A DNA stretch of 64,000 nucleotides from the NCBI RefSeq assembly GCF_003704095.1, contig NW_020846824.1, positions 124,001 through 188,000 on the forward strand, given 5' to 3'. This DNA comes from Pocillopora damicornis (taxonomy: Eukaryota). The notes under the pieces were generated by a model. That model saw nothing but the letters and a program-made list of their open reading frames with translations. It was not told where the DNA came from and made no database searches. The translations under genes were made by a program, and so were the position numbers. Of this stretch, positions 12,170 to 26,335 are shown piece by piece. Numbering within the stretch: the first letter of the stretch is position 1; each line of letters begins with the position of its first letter.

Positions 12170-15100
12170 ATGATCGTACTCGGCATTTGTGCGGTCGTAA
12201 TCGTGGTTTTTGCGATAACTGCAGCGATGAGCGACAAGGTCCGTGAAGCCGTAATATCATCGAAAATCTACAAGAAAGGTTTTGCAGTCCATATGAACTT
12301 ATTCAGTCGTATTCACAACAACGCCGTCAGGAAACACAAAGAGGACATTTTCGAGAAATTGAAGTCATCCGTGGAAAGTGTTGGCGGTGGCGATATTTTG
12401 GAGATCGGAGCAGGGACCGGGGCAAATTTTGAGTTTTTCCCCGAGGGAAGCTCTATCATAGCACTTGAACCAAATCCACACATGGTACCATACTTAAGGG
12501 AAAACGCTGACAAGTTCCCGCATGTGCAGCTCAAGAACATCGTACCAGGTTTTGCCGAAAACATGGATGGGATTCCAGATGCATCTGTCGCCGCTGTTGT
12601 ATGCACCATGACACTGTGTTCAGTGAGTGATGTGAAGGCAACATTGGCTGAAATCAAGAGAGTTCTGAAGCCTGTAAGTACGCAAAATTTGTTTTAAAAT
12701 TACGTCTGTATGTAGAACTTCTACCATTCGATGTGGATTCTTTTTTTTCTTTGCCGCAGTTCACATGAAAAAACTTCGATAAATTGTGCAAAATGAGGAT
12801 TTTAATTTTCTCCAAACATTTCTAGCGGCTGTCACTCTTTCCTTCCGCACGATTGTACTTCCCTTTCATCTGCCACGGATATCAGATCTTAATCCTCAAA
12901 GCCTTATCTTTAATTGTCCAGGAACTAGCTTGCTATTTTGTGTAAAGGAATGTTTAAGAAACTGAAACGTTGTTATTATGAATATGTAGGAATGTGCGTG
13001 TTTTTAAACATCGAAAGACAGGCAATATAAAAAAAATTGTTAATTCCAATAATTCTGATCTAATTTTAATTCTTTGATAGCCTCCTAATTGCACACTTCC
13101 GCTTAAGTGGTTCAAGAAAAATTACCAAACTCAACATCTCGCAGAAAACGGATGACTTAGACGAAGTTCAACTGTCATTTCTAAGATCACTGATTTCAAC
13201 GATTGCTAAAAGTCGTTTTTATATTAGACTACCTATCAAATTTAAATTGGATCGGAAGTATTTGATATAGCAAGCTTAAGTGTGTTCTATTTTTACGACC
13301 AATCTTTTGCGGCCCATGAAAACTGCGGTTCTTTGTAATCACTCGCAATATTTTAACTTGCTCAAATTCCCATCGCGATCTCCACATCGCCCATTTGATA
13401 GCCTTCAATTTGAATGACATTTTTTTTTTGCGACACCTTTTAAAAAATTATCTGATTTGAACAGAGGAGAGGTTGAAATTAGTGTACATGCAGCCGTTAT
13501 TGACACTGAGAGTATTTAATTTTGGCGAAGAAAAAACGGCTCTCTTTGTTTGATTTCTGAACATTTTGATCAAAGGAAGTTCCCCGTCAAAACAATTTGA
13601 AACGAGACGTTGTTACCTTGTCATTTTATCGAGACGCTTAGGGTCAAAATAGTGCCTAAAGTGACAGGTTTGATATCAAGGAATCGATACTCTTGTTTCG
13701 TCTACCATTTGGTGTTTTTTCATCGGATTCTTAGGAGAATAGCAGATTCTTTTGATCGTGGAAAGGACAAGGGTTGTAAACTTTGTGTTCGCCGGAGGCA
13801 AAAGTTTCAAGCGGCAACGAAAGAGAGCTCGAGATCAATTTTAAAGCCATTTTGGTGACGTCAATTTATTTTGTTTAGCTTTTAGCTGAGTTACAGAACC
13901 CGGTATGAACGCGAGAAAACGATGATTACCTTAAATGCGTTTTTATCTCTTAAAGGAAATATTGACGAATTGTGTTTTTTAGAGAAAACGTCCAGTAGCT
14001 AGACTTTGTTTACCAAAGCCAGTTGCATAAACATTTCAAAATATTTCCTTGGCCGAGTGTTAATATCAGATGACAAAAGTTATATTCTAATATCATTTCC
14101 GCTGTTTTGATTTCTGTGTTTTGATTTGCTTTGCAAAGACACATAACATTTGGAACAATAAACATTCTTGTGTGTATACATCATGCTGTTGGAAAGGTAT
14201 AATTTTTCAAATGTTTGTTATTTCGTTTCTGTTTCAGGGAGGATATTTTTATTTCTTGGAGCATGTAGCAGGTATGTGGAGTCGTAAGAACTAAGTTCAA
14301 TTCTGTTTTCTACATTGAGGCTTAGCTCATTCTTGCCGAATTCGGGGAGGTTTTACTGAGCGAAGAGCCTTGTAAGAGATTTGCGTGATTTTGCGCTTTC
14401 GCGATTGTTCTGCTTGTTTGCTTTGTTTTGTTTATTTTAATCGTTCCTGATGAAATCGCGCGTAGCAATTAACAATGGGAGTGTTCTTAGGCCTAGCCTG
14501 ATGACAATGCTTTAGTAAGCTTGCCTTTTAGAGTAAATTTTCGACCACAAGAGGTTGCTTACGGAAGTTGACGTTGAACTTAAATGAAATTTGCCTTATC
14601 AGCTGCCAAAAATAGCAGCTGATACTTCTGGCATTGTTTCAACAATTACACAAATACGTTCCTGTTTGATCGGAGGTCGAACATGACGTGGGGTCGATTT
14701 ACGCCAAATATAATCCTTTTTCCTTTTTCTGTTCCAGACACGTTTTCGACTTTGCTCAGATTTGCGGTAAAAACCTTTTGTGGCTGTCATACAAAAAAAA
14801 ATCAACCTCGTGCGTATCGATTGCTACGTCCGGCCCCGGTCTGGCCGTGGTCGCGAAATCATAAACCCAAAGCCGAAGAATAAAAATTTAGGCCGGCGAC
14901 CGGATCACGAGACTCGTGCGAAACATGGCCAAGTCTCCGCCAGTGATCGCTCTCTGTTTCGAAGGACTTGAAAGCACTGCTTGACTTCCTTTCGGCTGTT
15001 AACGAGGCTTTTAGTGGTTTTCCTGCCACTTGAGGGTTTTAAACACGGCATATTGATGAAAGACAATGAGTAGACGAGTACATTGTAGTTTCTTCATTCA

Positions 15101-15552
15101 CGTAAGTCGCTGCGATGGAGCCCTTCCTTCCCTTCTTCCGCGTATTTGAAACTCTTCCTGCGCACAAGAAATTCCAGGAGTTGTTCAAGTTTCTTTTGTT
15201 CTAATTTCCTGAAGCTTTAGAAAATTATTCTCTTAATTAAGGGAAGCCTCTCCTCTTTCTTAGCCGGTCGCTCGAAGCTTCAGCAGGCCGTGGAGAAAAT
15301 CTATCAAACATGCTCATATTGCTTTGTTTTTGCGCATTAGATGAACCAGAAACATGGAGGAACTCCTTCCAACGAAGATTTGACAACCAGTGGAAATATC
15401 TCGGCGACGGATGCTCTTGCAGCAGAGAAACGTGGACCCACCTGGACAATGCCAGCTTCAGTACTGTGTCTTACAGAAAATTTGACCTGAAAGAACTTAC
15501 TGTGCTTTGTTACTTGATTCGACCTCATTTAGCTGGGCATGCTATAAAATGA
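12170..15552 (+). CDS. METTL7/TMT1-like (thiol S-methyltransferase-like) SAM-dependent methyltransferase, ~249 aa
   Basis: Exons 12170-12673, 14238-14271 and 15341-15552 total 750 nt. Shows an N-terminal hydrophobic anchor, motif I LEIGAGTGANF, EPNPHM, VVCTMTLCSV, LKPGGYFYFLEHV, and W..LGDGC..RET. Confidence 0.9.
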
Positions 15553-18114
15553 GGTAGCATACATAATGGACGTCGCCCCACGCAAAGTTGGGCGAGAAAC
15601 GTTCGACCCTTCACAAGACAAACCTTTTTACATTCACACCAGAGAGGGGTTTATATTGGTTCACTATCAAGTATAGCCTTTTTACTCCTAGGGAGCGGAT
15701 CCCAAACAGTTATTGATACAAGGTGGGGAGATGGGGAAGGTGGCGGGACGGTGATCGTGTTTTGATAGTAAATTACTCCAAGTGCAAAGTACTCACAGTT
15801 TTTCTTTTCTCACACAATTCGGCCATCATTAGTGCTTTTTCTCGGAGCCTTTTTTGTATTAAGGATGACAAAAGAGTCTAAGAATTCCTCTTATGAACCG
15901 CCAGTAATATTATGTTTCCTTACCGTGTTTCATTGAAAATCACCCCCTTCCNNNNNNNNNNNNNNNNNNNNNNNNNNNNNNNNNNNNNNNNNNNNNNNNN
16001 NNNNNNNNNNNNNNNNNNNNNNNNACACGATTTAACTGATATAAAGTTGACAACCAAGTAAAAAGGGAGTGATCAAAATTGATAATTTAACGTACACGAC
16101 ATATGTAGCCGCGCATTTGCTGGCGGTATAACCAAAATTATTCTACAGATTAGTAAAAGAAAAGTTTTATATGGCGCATGTAGGGGGTTTTGACGTGAAA
16201 ACCAGAAATACATCGTTAGAAATTATACCACCTAAATCAGAATGAGTTGAATCTTTTCTACCTTTATAAATCAAGACACTAAGGGGTTGATCGTAATCGT
16301 TTTCAGTTCATTCAAAAAAAAAAAAAATAAAATAAAGAGAGAGAAAAAGATGGATTATTGTGAAGCACCTCGTATAAACTATTTTGACTGAATGCAAGTT
16401 ATGAAGGCATGTCAGTCTTCTCATTGGGTTCCAGGTTTAATTCATTAGTGAAACTTTATGGCATACGATGTTAGTGAAATTTTTGCACATTTGTCTGTTA
16501 TGGTGTGCATAAATTTATTTGCCAGTTAATAGACAAGTTACTGATGATTTCCTTCGATTGAAGTTGACTTCCAAGTATGGGAATCTTTTCTGGAGAATAT
16601 ATCATGAGAACACAGAATTTCTGTGAAAAAAGTAAAAAAAAAGAAAAACTACATTTTTGATAGAGCGCAAGTATATTTGAATCTCCTCTTGAACCGAGAG
16701 ATAATTCTTCAATTTCTTGTAGTAGTTAATATTGCACGAAAATGTATTCTACATTATCAAAAATAAAATTATCAATTCAAGAAGAATAATTCAATGATCA
16801 ACCCTTCCATTTCTTTTACATTTCCGAGAGAAATAAATGGCGTGGAGTCTGGAAACGAGCTTGCTGCGCCAAATATGGTTGAGCGTAAGGAGCCTTAATA
16901 AGACAAATGATCAGAGGACTTCGACATAGGGTGTGTACTTGTATTTACACCGAATATCGCTGTTCGTGACTCCATGACGTTTGTACAGATTTACAAAACT
17001 CAGCTTACTTTTATTTAAAATTATTTTCCTTGATGGTACGTGTTATTTAAAAATTACATTTCTAATGTCGCTTTCTAGCATGCATCCCATACACCTGAAT
17101 AATTCTGGCTTCGTTCTCGTACTCTGACCTCACTGATTACCCATAATGCGTACATGCTTAACACGTGAATAACTCTGGCCTCGTTCTTGCGCACTGAGCC
17201 CACTGACAGGACCCGACCGACCTTTAAATACCTCATATATTACAGTTATTCCGGTCAAATCACGTTTTCTAGCGATTCTACCAAGGTGCTCCTTTCACTC
17301 AAAATCAAAATCAAATTGTACCTTAGCTATATAATTGGGATTCCAAATTTTGATTCCGGTCGGAATCCGGTCTATCGCGCATTAATGACATCAGAATGCT
17401 TGTCCTGCAAAAATAGAATGCTCTACCTTGATAGCACGGACGAACTAGTGATAAATATGAAATTCACAAATTGAGTAGAGAATGAAATTAACCTTAAAAG
17501 ATACATCTTTAAGTAAGATGATTTTTCAGGTTACAATTCACTTGGGAATGGTAAGTATGGTAAGTAGAATTTGTATTTATAAGTTCCGACGGTCCGAACC
17601 GAGAATTTTGAAGGAAAAAAAAAACCCTACATATACAACAGCGTTTCAACCGATAACCGAATAAAATATTTTCATTTAGTTTCTCTCTGGATGCATTAAT
17701 TAAAGAGGGAGAACTTTCCACCGATAAAAAAATTTATAATTTTAACATGTTAACCTACTACCAAAAAAATTTACAGTTCTTTTTTTCCACGAGAATCCAA
17801 ATCGTCTGCCACCACCATAGTGGTAGCGCATGCGTAAAAAAGTTGAAAAGGAAATTCGAGTTTCAGTCTGTGCTTCCTGCTCACAATTCGTCCATTTTTT
17901 CATTTTTATACCGTGTGCCACAAAGCAGCACAATTACAGACACAATATTTTTTTTCCTCTACAAGCAATAGAAAATAGCTCGCAAAAGTTGTTACACATG
18001 AGCATGATTGATACCATAATATTGACTCGTGTTCTGGAAAGTGATTGGTTACTCACACGGTTACTAATCCCAGGGAATGTAATACCCCTGGGGTAATTTT
18101 CACCCCTTACATGG

Positions 18115-21100
18115 TCACAGGGAAACGGTGTTCAACTCCTCACCTACACCAAGCACCAAAGCATGTTCTTGTGAAATTGCCGCTAGTTCTTTCAGCCACT
18201 CCTCCAAAACCACAATACAGTAGACCGCGTTTTTCACAGTCTTCGGATTTTTCCTCTTGTAAGTGTTCTTCTTAAAGGAATTTTTCGGCGAGTTTTGGGG
18301 ACTGGAAAGTTTTCGAATGGTACCCGGTTTGGGATAGTTCTCAGCGCTTAAATCAGCGGTGCTACCGTACTTAGGGCTCAAAGAGTTTAAGCTCTCCCAC
18401 GACTCGCTTAAGGACAAACTTGAGCTGGTGCTTGCACTTTCTAAACTTCCCCGTCTTTCCTGGTTGGCTTTTGTCAATTTCGGGCTTAAGGAAGCGTCTA
18501 TCGATTGTTTTCGAAGATTAGAACTTCCTTTGCCAAAATATTTCGGCGCAGGGCCGTCTTTGAGCATGCGGACATTGCTCAGTAAGGAAGAGTCCGTTTT
18601 CTGTTTTAACAGCTTTCGAGTCGTCGTAGGGCTTCTGGTTTCAGGGTTTTTTGATATTTTCACCGGTTGTTGTACGTCCACAACAACACTCTGAATACTG
18701 ACTCGACTCTTTTCCTCGCGAAGAATTAGGTTCTTTCTGGCCCGGCGCAGGAGTTTGTCGAGTTCGTCAACTTGATCAGCAATGTTCTCTACTTTAATTT
18801 TCACGGAACTAAGGATCTACGTGAAATACAACACAAAAATAGTTTTAATTTCGGGCGCGATGCTTTCTTAAAATCGCAACAGAGTTAAAAATGGAAAACA
18901 GGCTTCAACTGGCGCGAAAACACACTCGGATATTTATCCGCAGACATAAGGGCGAAGCTCAAAGAAAACAATAGGCTTTGAGGGACAGATGGTGTCTAAG
19001 GAAAAATATGGGAGCATAATTTCTATCCAAAAAGAAGCTATTGTGTCTAGTATCATTGACATATAATTTGCAGGACACGGAAGTTGGATGAAAACAGATG
19101 ATGACTTTTCAGGGCAACTTAATGAACGCCTGGAACACAAAAGGAAACAACGCATTAAAATAAAAGAGGCAGCATCTCCTACCTGAAATAGTGAGCGAAC
19201 TCCTGGTTTAAGAACCATGTTGTAATTAAGAAGAAACGATCGTAATAGCGGTTGAGGATATAAGGCCAGTCTAGTAACCACACCAGTCAAAATCAAGTTC
19301 ACATAAAATGTGTTCTGCGGCATTCGTTCAACTTTTTGAAACAGCGTTATTAAAAACGGTCCCAAGTCTGGCTTAATTTGCTTCTGTTCAAACTCAGTCG
19401 CTGATAATGATCGCTTCGCAGGCGCTTGCGCATCCTGGGGTGAAAGTGAAACCTGGTTCGGAATGTTGCCATTGGCAACAGGCATGGACACGTTAGATGA
19501 AGACCGCTCTCGTTCTTTCGAGGAGGGGTCCTGTACGGCAGGGTTTTGTCCATCATAGGGTGCGGACCAGCACGCGCACTTCATTTGACAAATTCTCAAT
19601 AAACTTCGCGCGTCTGCAAGGTACTCCATGTAATCTGCACAAACTTCCGAGTAAAGATCTCCAAGAAAAGAAGACCGGTAAAACACCAATTCGCTGGATG
19701 CTTTGAGGTCGATCTTCATGGGTGGGGTGGGTGCGCTCCCGTTGAGATTCTCAGTGGAAGAAGACGACGATGAGTTGCGGCTGGAGTTATTACAACAGGA
19801 AGGTATCAACGATAAGAATTTAAAGGCGCTCTTGCTGTACAGATCCACTTCCTTGATAGTTCTTTTCTGGCTGCTCAGAATGTGCGTGCAAGGAATCAGA
19901 TATCTGTTAAGGAGTCAGTTGTATGGTTCAGGTAATGTAGTGATACCCAATCAGTTTAAGGATCTTTGACATCAAAAGGCCCAAAACTGAAAATGTGCAT
20001 CCTGGTTTTTTGCGGAATGAGGCGGCTGGGAGTACGGGTATACAAAGTCACTTCATGGGATGAGATGCTAGTTCATTGCTTGTTACCCTCCCCACCCTGC
20101 TGGCATTTTCAATGGTTCCCCTAAGTAAAGTACCTTACCTAAGGAAGGTACAGTCTGCAGTTGAGCCAAGTGGCACATTCAGACAAAGCCTGGTTTCTAC
20201 AGCACGAACCCACCAGGAGTATTGCCACTCCCCCTGAATGGGAAGCCTGGGTTACCTCCAAGCATCTTATCAGCTTTCCCTGACAGTTTAACTCTACCCA
20301 TACATACTCCTGAGTGGAGACAGGCACCCTAAGAATAAAGTGTCTCTCCCAAGAACACAACACAAAGATCTTGCAAGGACTGGACCAAAGATCAGTGGAT
20401 GCAGAGTCCAAGCTACAGTTGTTCATACAATGGATAATGCTATCAAAAGGATATAAATCTCTTTCAGACGGATTGTGCAGTACGTTCTGTCAACACATAT
20501 CTGTTGTAAAGTAATTTATCCATCAGATAGCATTACCCTCCTTTTGAACAACTGGACTCAGTGCAACAGTCACTTGACTTTGGTGGACAAGTGATTCTCA
20601 AAACCATTTTAAACTGTGGAATTTATAAAAAGCAACCCAGTTTGTCTCCTTCAGTGTGTTCTTTTGAATTAAAAATTCTCTTTTCATGCCCAAGAAAGAG
20701 CACCCAGGTTTTCATATTCCCCACCTGCCCATCCCCCTCAGCTAATACAGCAGCAGGGAAGCTGATGGTTGAAAACTTGATGGGGAAGAAGGCATTTGAG
20801 ATAACCTGAGCTATATAAGACAAAGTAAAAACATTGCCAGTCTACTATGTACCTGTAATTAATTTAATGTTATTAACAGAAGGTATGGAAACTCACTTGA
20901 GCACCAAACTATATATGATATCTTCACAGTTCAGGTCCAACAGAGTGTAAAACAAACCCAGTGATACTACAGCGAGCTAAGATAATGAATTTAAAAAAAT
21001 GAATTTTAAACATAAATACATCCATCAAAGTACTGAAGACAACACAAATGAACTGTGATGACTATGTTAAGGTATTCAAAAAGCATTTTTAGGGTTTTAA

Positions 21101-24100
21101 TTTGTATTAAAATGAAAAAATATTTTGTTGTAGTGCAGGACAGATTATGAGGGGTATCAATAAAAGCTAGTTACATTCCTTAAGCCCAGTTAGCCTTTGC
21201 TTAGCTATCAAGCAGGTTGTCATGTTTGGGTTTTACCCTAAGGCCCCCTTTAGGCACAGCCACCTATTACATCTTCAGCAGCAGCAGCAGACACTTGTGG
21301 AAATAGTTATTGAAACTCTTGAATAGCTGCACCCCACATTTCAAGGGTACTGTGACGATTTGATTTAAGAGCCCAGGGGCTTATTTACTTTTGGTACCTT
21401 GAGGGAGGGTAATTTTTTTGAAACAGGACACTTATAAGAGGGGCACTTCTTTAGAAACTGCAGAATGTGCAAAAAAAGTTTTGATGTATATTTGAAAAGG
21501 ATCAAGAAGACTGGAAAACAGACTTGTTGTGCCTGGATCCTTTCTGGACGTAACAACCAGCCAAGCAATTGTTGCAAAAATTGAAGAAGAGATCATTCAT
21601 TTGAAGGAATTGTGCACTGACATGAGCCAAAAGGATGTCTGAGTCTTAAAGTATGCAATTAAAGAAATATGAACCGTGTTTGAACTCAAAGCACAGGTAC
21701 TCCTAACAGAATAGGGATGCTTATTGGTATAGGGGTGCTTATTAAAAAACAAAACAAAAACCAAATCAGAATGCTAAATCCAATCATTAGGGTAGTTATT
21801 ATGTTAACCCAAATGTGAGCGGTAATATCAACTTTACCTGAGATTCATGTGCAATCCTTGAAACTAATAAGTCAAGAATGGGCATTCCATCACATCTTTC
21901 CACCAAAATGAACTCTAAAAACACTTTCATTAGATTGGCATCAGTGATGCTGCGTAGAAACAAGTCCAGATAGGATGTAGCAGCTATCAATGCTTCAGTA
22001 GATGACTGCAAAGATGAAAAGTTGCCACAAATTATCCACATTATCAATTCTCATTACAATCTGTCATACACTTCTTTTAACATTAGCTCTGAGAATTTGG
22101 TCTCCAATCAAATACTATCTCCTAGCTGATATTTTTGTTTATTTTCATCACCTTCCTCCTTTACAACAAGTTGGTATGGTGAGGAGAATTTACCCATTGG
22201 TCACCCTTGGAAGTGAAATACTGAAAGCCTACCTGGCCAAGTGATGATGCCATTACTGACACCAGAAATCCATGATAAATGAGATTCAGCAGCTTGGACT
22301 GGACTAGAGGATGGGCAATCTGAACAGAGAGTTGAAAGTTCAAAACTTAAAAAAAAGTTCAGTTCAGTCTGTGACATGTCCTCTATGGGCCACCATATAT
22401 GAAGGCAAGTATTTTACAAAAGATAATTGAAATAAAAACTGAATTATCTTCTTAACAATTATCAATATAAAATAAAGGAAGATTTTATTTTTGTATTTTT
22501 TGTCTTGTCATAAGTGTGAGACAAAGAAAAAATTCTGAGCCCCCATGAGGAATCAAACCTCAGTCCTTCAGATTCTGCACTCCAATGCTCTACCACCGAG
22601 CCAAGGAGACTCCCCAGTGAGCAAGGTGGAATTTCTCTTTCTACAATAGGAATGAGCTTTGACTGATGCCTACAAACCATTCTACAATTTTTCGATATAT
22701 CTCCCCTTTAACAGATATTCCTTCTTTAATTTTCCTCTCTAAATTCTGAGGAAAGTCCACTTATGGGGCTTCAAGTAACCATACCAGCATGACAAAAATC
22801 AATGAGTTAGACAAGACAACCTTTCATTTTCATGCATCACCAGCTACACAGGATATGCACATGTGCATGTGTTTACCTGAATGACATTGTTACAAAATTC
22901 AAGTGATGTCAGAAAGGAAACCAGCTCAGGGAAAGTTGCCCACAGACCTCTCTCCAAAGAGTACCAGTCCTCTGAAGGTATGTCAAGTGATGTTGGCAAA
23001 TCAGAATATAAGGCACTGAGTCCTGTTGCCAATACCTAAGATGTTAAAGAGGGAAACTTAGACAAGGAATACAGTCTACATCTAAATTCTGTCTGAGTAT
23101 TCAAAAACGGTCTTGAAATACTACAATGACCATGCTAATGATTTCAAGGATACTAGCCATGGCGGCTGAAACGCTGAACATTGTACTTTAAACACTAACA
23201 ACACTTGGTCCAATGTCCAGTTTGAAAAGGATGGTAAAACATTGATTTGCTTCATTTGTTGTCCAATCAACCTTGATTTCTTCTAGATTTTTTCACCAGC
23301 TAATAATAGTTGTCGAAAGCCCTCAGTCAAATTCGAAGTCAAACCCGTACATTTGCGTATATAGATTAGGGAAACACCATATTTGAAGTATAAAATTTCA
23401 ATTTAGCACATTTCTGGTTTCAAGTGATCGATATATTGTTCTTGCAAGAGGGTTTAACGGCAAGGCACGAAATCCAGCTTCACACAAGGAATAATTAACG
23501 AGCGCAAACGAAAATTACACAGGATCAAGAGAGATCATACATGAACTTAAGGGACACGATTTTACGAGTTTGCGTTACCGTTTGAAAGTTCTCATCAAGC
23601 CACACAAAAGGCGTAACAATTTTCATATGTACCATGTATTGCATACACCTAGAGGCAAGAAGTCGCTGTATCCGAGAACAATGTGAATAAGTAATCGTTG
23701 CCTCATATCAAACCGAAAACAGATCTCCCTTATCAGCAAATTTCTTAAACCATAGGATAAACTGCTTCAAGCCGAAGTCAATTAAAATAAACAAACATGA
23801 CATATTCGAAATAGCAACAAGAAAAGGCCCGCCAAAGTTTGAAGGTGATTTAAAAAAAAACATAATCTGCCGTCGCTCAAAGGGCCGACAAATTAAAAAT
23901 ATTGTAATTCAAACACAAAGTGAAAATAAAAACATCAAAAAATATGATGACGAGGGAGCACTAACCGGACAAAAGTCTGTATCTTCGGCAATATACCTGC
24001 CCAGCCTGGAATCAACTGATGATAAGGCCATGCATAACAGCATGGCATCGCGAGCCCAAACACCAACATTTCCATCCCGATGAACATAAGGAATCAGCAG

Positions 24101-24709
24101 AGAAAACACAGATAGCTTGGCTATCTGTGCGTGATGGTGATTATCCAAGAAAAAAAGATCTAACAGTGCAATATCCCGGTTGACACTCACGCAAAGGCCC
24201 TTCAGCACTGCCACAAAATGTTCTTCCTCGTCCGAGCAAATGTTGTTTACGCAAGAATGCAATAGATAGAGGAGAGGTTTCCAAACCTGCTCATAAATCA
24301 ACAGTGGTGCTCTACCCTTCTCGATGAGATTCCTAAACAGTCTCAGCTGTTCTCGCTTCATGTCCTTGACACAATTCTTGCTCGATGCACTCCAGTTGTA
24401 CACGGTATGAAATACATTTTCATCCAGCACATATTGTAAACATGGACCTGGGTCACCGTCCTTTTCATCGACTAAAACATTTATAATTTCGTTTAAATGG
24501 TGGACTAAAATATTACACCGCTCTTGATGGCCGATGGTTTTCTCGTCTAGCGCTATTATTGACTTCGCATTATTCCAGTGTACGTCTACAAGCCTCAAAA
24601 AATCCTGAGCGCCGAGCTCTACAAAATCGTCGTCTGGTTGCTTTTTTTCCGTGTCCGAACTCGGCGATTGAAGCGGCGACAAAGACGCAAGTCTCTTTAG
24701 TAAACTCAT
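18115..24709 (-). CDS. FHIP1: FHF complex subunit HOOK-interacting protein 1 (FAM160A/FHIP1-like), ~886 aa
   Basis: Exons 23966-24709, 22877-23035, 22233-22319, 21838-22005, 20897-20976, 19183-19903 and 18115-18816 are in frame. Motifs: FSLLIPYVHRDG, FCPVLATGLSALYS.LP, SLEFCNNVIQIAHP, DLNCED, YPQPLLRSFLL, NAVYCIVVLEEWLKELAAISQEH. Confidence 0.92.
22497..22620 (-). mobile_element. tRNA-derived SINE copy in a FHIP1 intron
   Basis: The minus strand has A-box-like tggctcggtggtagagc and B-box-like ggtttgattcc, then a body ending tttgtctcacac..gacaagac. Related copies occur at ~43525-43640, ~44035-44120 and ~48400-48520. Confidence 0.7.
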
Positions 24710-25789
24710 GGCTGGATAACGGCTTAAAAAAACCCATAAGGCGCTTGTTCAACCGGACAAGAGGTTATTTCTACTTTCAGTTAACTCCGCATCCGCCATC
24801 TTGGCTAAATTGGCCCGCACGACATCTGATGATAATTGACAACTTGGTACATTAGGAGCCAATCATATCGTGTTTCTATTTATGTTTGGTATTTCAGTAG
24901 CGCAAACCTCGACGACGAGTACTTGTCAAGTCAAGGAAGATGAAATTTAAACTCTAACCAACTTGCTATTTAAAAAATTTGGCTTCATCATTTTTGAGTG
25001 AAAGATCTTGGTAAGAAATGTTCTATGGAGTGACGAAAGATCCAAATCCATATTTTCATTTTTCATACTAAATTTGGAATTGTTCCTCAGTCAACCTCTA
25101 CGTAATATTTATAAAACGTTACGCGATCAAACAAGCGAAGCAAGGATCCAGAGATTTAAAAATAGATTTTATGATGCCGTGCGTCTGTTCAAAGATAGAT
25201 CACAGGTGACGGTAAGATGTGTCTAGGAAAAAATAAGTGGCACTAGAGGCGCAGCTGTTACCACATTTTGCCGTCTTCTCTGATCTACCACTGTACTGAC
25301 CTAGGGCAAAGTGGACTCTTTTTATTGTATATGATAACAAATAAAAAAGAGCCATTTTTTTAAAGGTACGATTACACCTCACAATTAAACCTCACCCCCT
25401 CAGTCATCTTTTCTTCTTCCCCTACCACTCCCCTAAGCGAGCAGCCTACGGCGGCATCCTTTCTAGTTCCTGGTTTTTTAAATTCCTTTCATCAGTTCCT
25501 CATCGAAGATACAAAGGCTTTGACTCCCTAAGAACATGACAAGAACCGAAGACAGCGAGGATGTCGCTACGGTGGGGAAACGTGAGTGGCGGTGCGAAAT
25601 CCTAACACTCATTAAAAGTTTCTTGGACCAGCTAATATTAAGAGACAAAACTGGCTTTTTACAATCAGTTTTTAATGATTCAGATCAATCCTCATTAAGC
25701 ACAACTATTATATTTGAGGTGTTTTTAACGTCTAAGATGCCTTTCGGTTCTGTCGAAGTAAATGGAACATGGAAGTCATCAGCACTTGA

Positions 25790-26335
25790 TTATTGCGAGA
25801 GATTTCTTTTGAGCGAAACGAGTTTGTCTTTCAAAACTTCGATATCCGCAACAAGACCAGAGTACTGACTGCTGCTTTCTAATGACTCAGCCGAACTTTC
25901 TCTTAAAGACTCGGAACATGTCGGGTTATCTTCTTGTTGTAATCGCGTAACAACGTCTCTACCCTCTTTTTCTTCAATGACTGACACTTCACAGGAGCTT
26001 TCTTCTGAAAAACACTGTTTCCGACCGAAGGCATACTCGTCCTCCTCGTCTCCGCTTTTCAATATCTTCTGAAGCTTAAACATCAAGTTCTTTACATCCT
26101 CTAGATCTCCACCGAGTGTTTTGATAGTTTGCTCTATTACCGTCATTTTATCGTGAACAGCAAGATCTTTTTCTCTATGGGTGTGGTCAGAATCCTCGCT
26201 ATGTCCTTCAATATTGTGTTCTCCATTCTGTTGAAGATGATTTTCCATTGCATAACTGTTTTCATGTGATTGTTCTGGGGAATTTTGCTTCCACATCTCC
26301 TTCAAAGAAGCCATAGAATCATTATTCAAAGACAT
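25790..26335 (-). CDS. Uncharacterised acidic coiled-coil protein, 181 aa, single coding exon
   Basis: A 546-nt ATG-initiated ORF in AT-rich DNA, with heptad-like segments (IEQTIKTLGGDLEDVKNLMFKLQKIL; LVADIEVLKDKLVSLKRNL). An NRF1-like GCATGCGCA lies upstream at ~26447. Confidence 0.55.
   Translation of the reverse strand: MSLNNDSMASLKEMWKQNSPEQSHENSYAMENHLQQNGEHNIEGHSEDSDHTHREKDLAVHDKMTVIEQTIKTLGGDLEDVKNLMFKLQKILKSGDEEDEYAFGRKQCFSEESSCEVSVIEEKEGRDVVTRLQQEDNPTCSESLRESSAESLESSSQYSGLVADIEVLKDKLVSLKRNLSQ

Noticed and set aside
12313-12657. Antisense ORFs overlapping real exons (also 18359-18694, 19703-19969, 27557-28006, 38140-38520, 57902-58189)
   Set aside because: Shadow frames of genuine coding exons on the opposite strand.
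14445-14505. C/D box snoRNA in METTL7-like intron 2 (TGATGA...CTGA)
   Set aside because: Only ~55 nt, with no terminal stem and no rRNA guide that I could recognise.
22540-22612. Functional tRNA gene
   Set aside because: It has A/B-box-like motifs but degenerate stems, and it is attached to a repeated body found several times in the window, so it is a SINE head.
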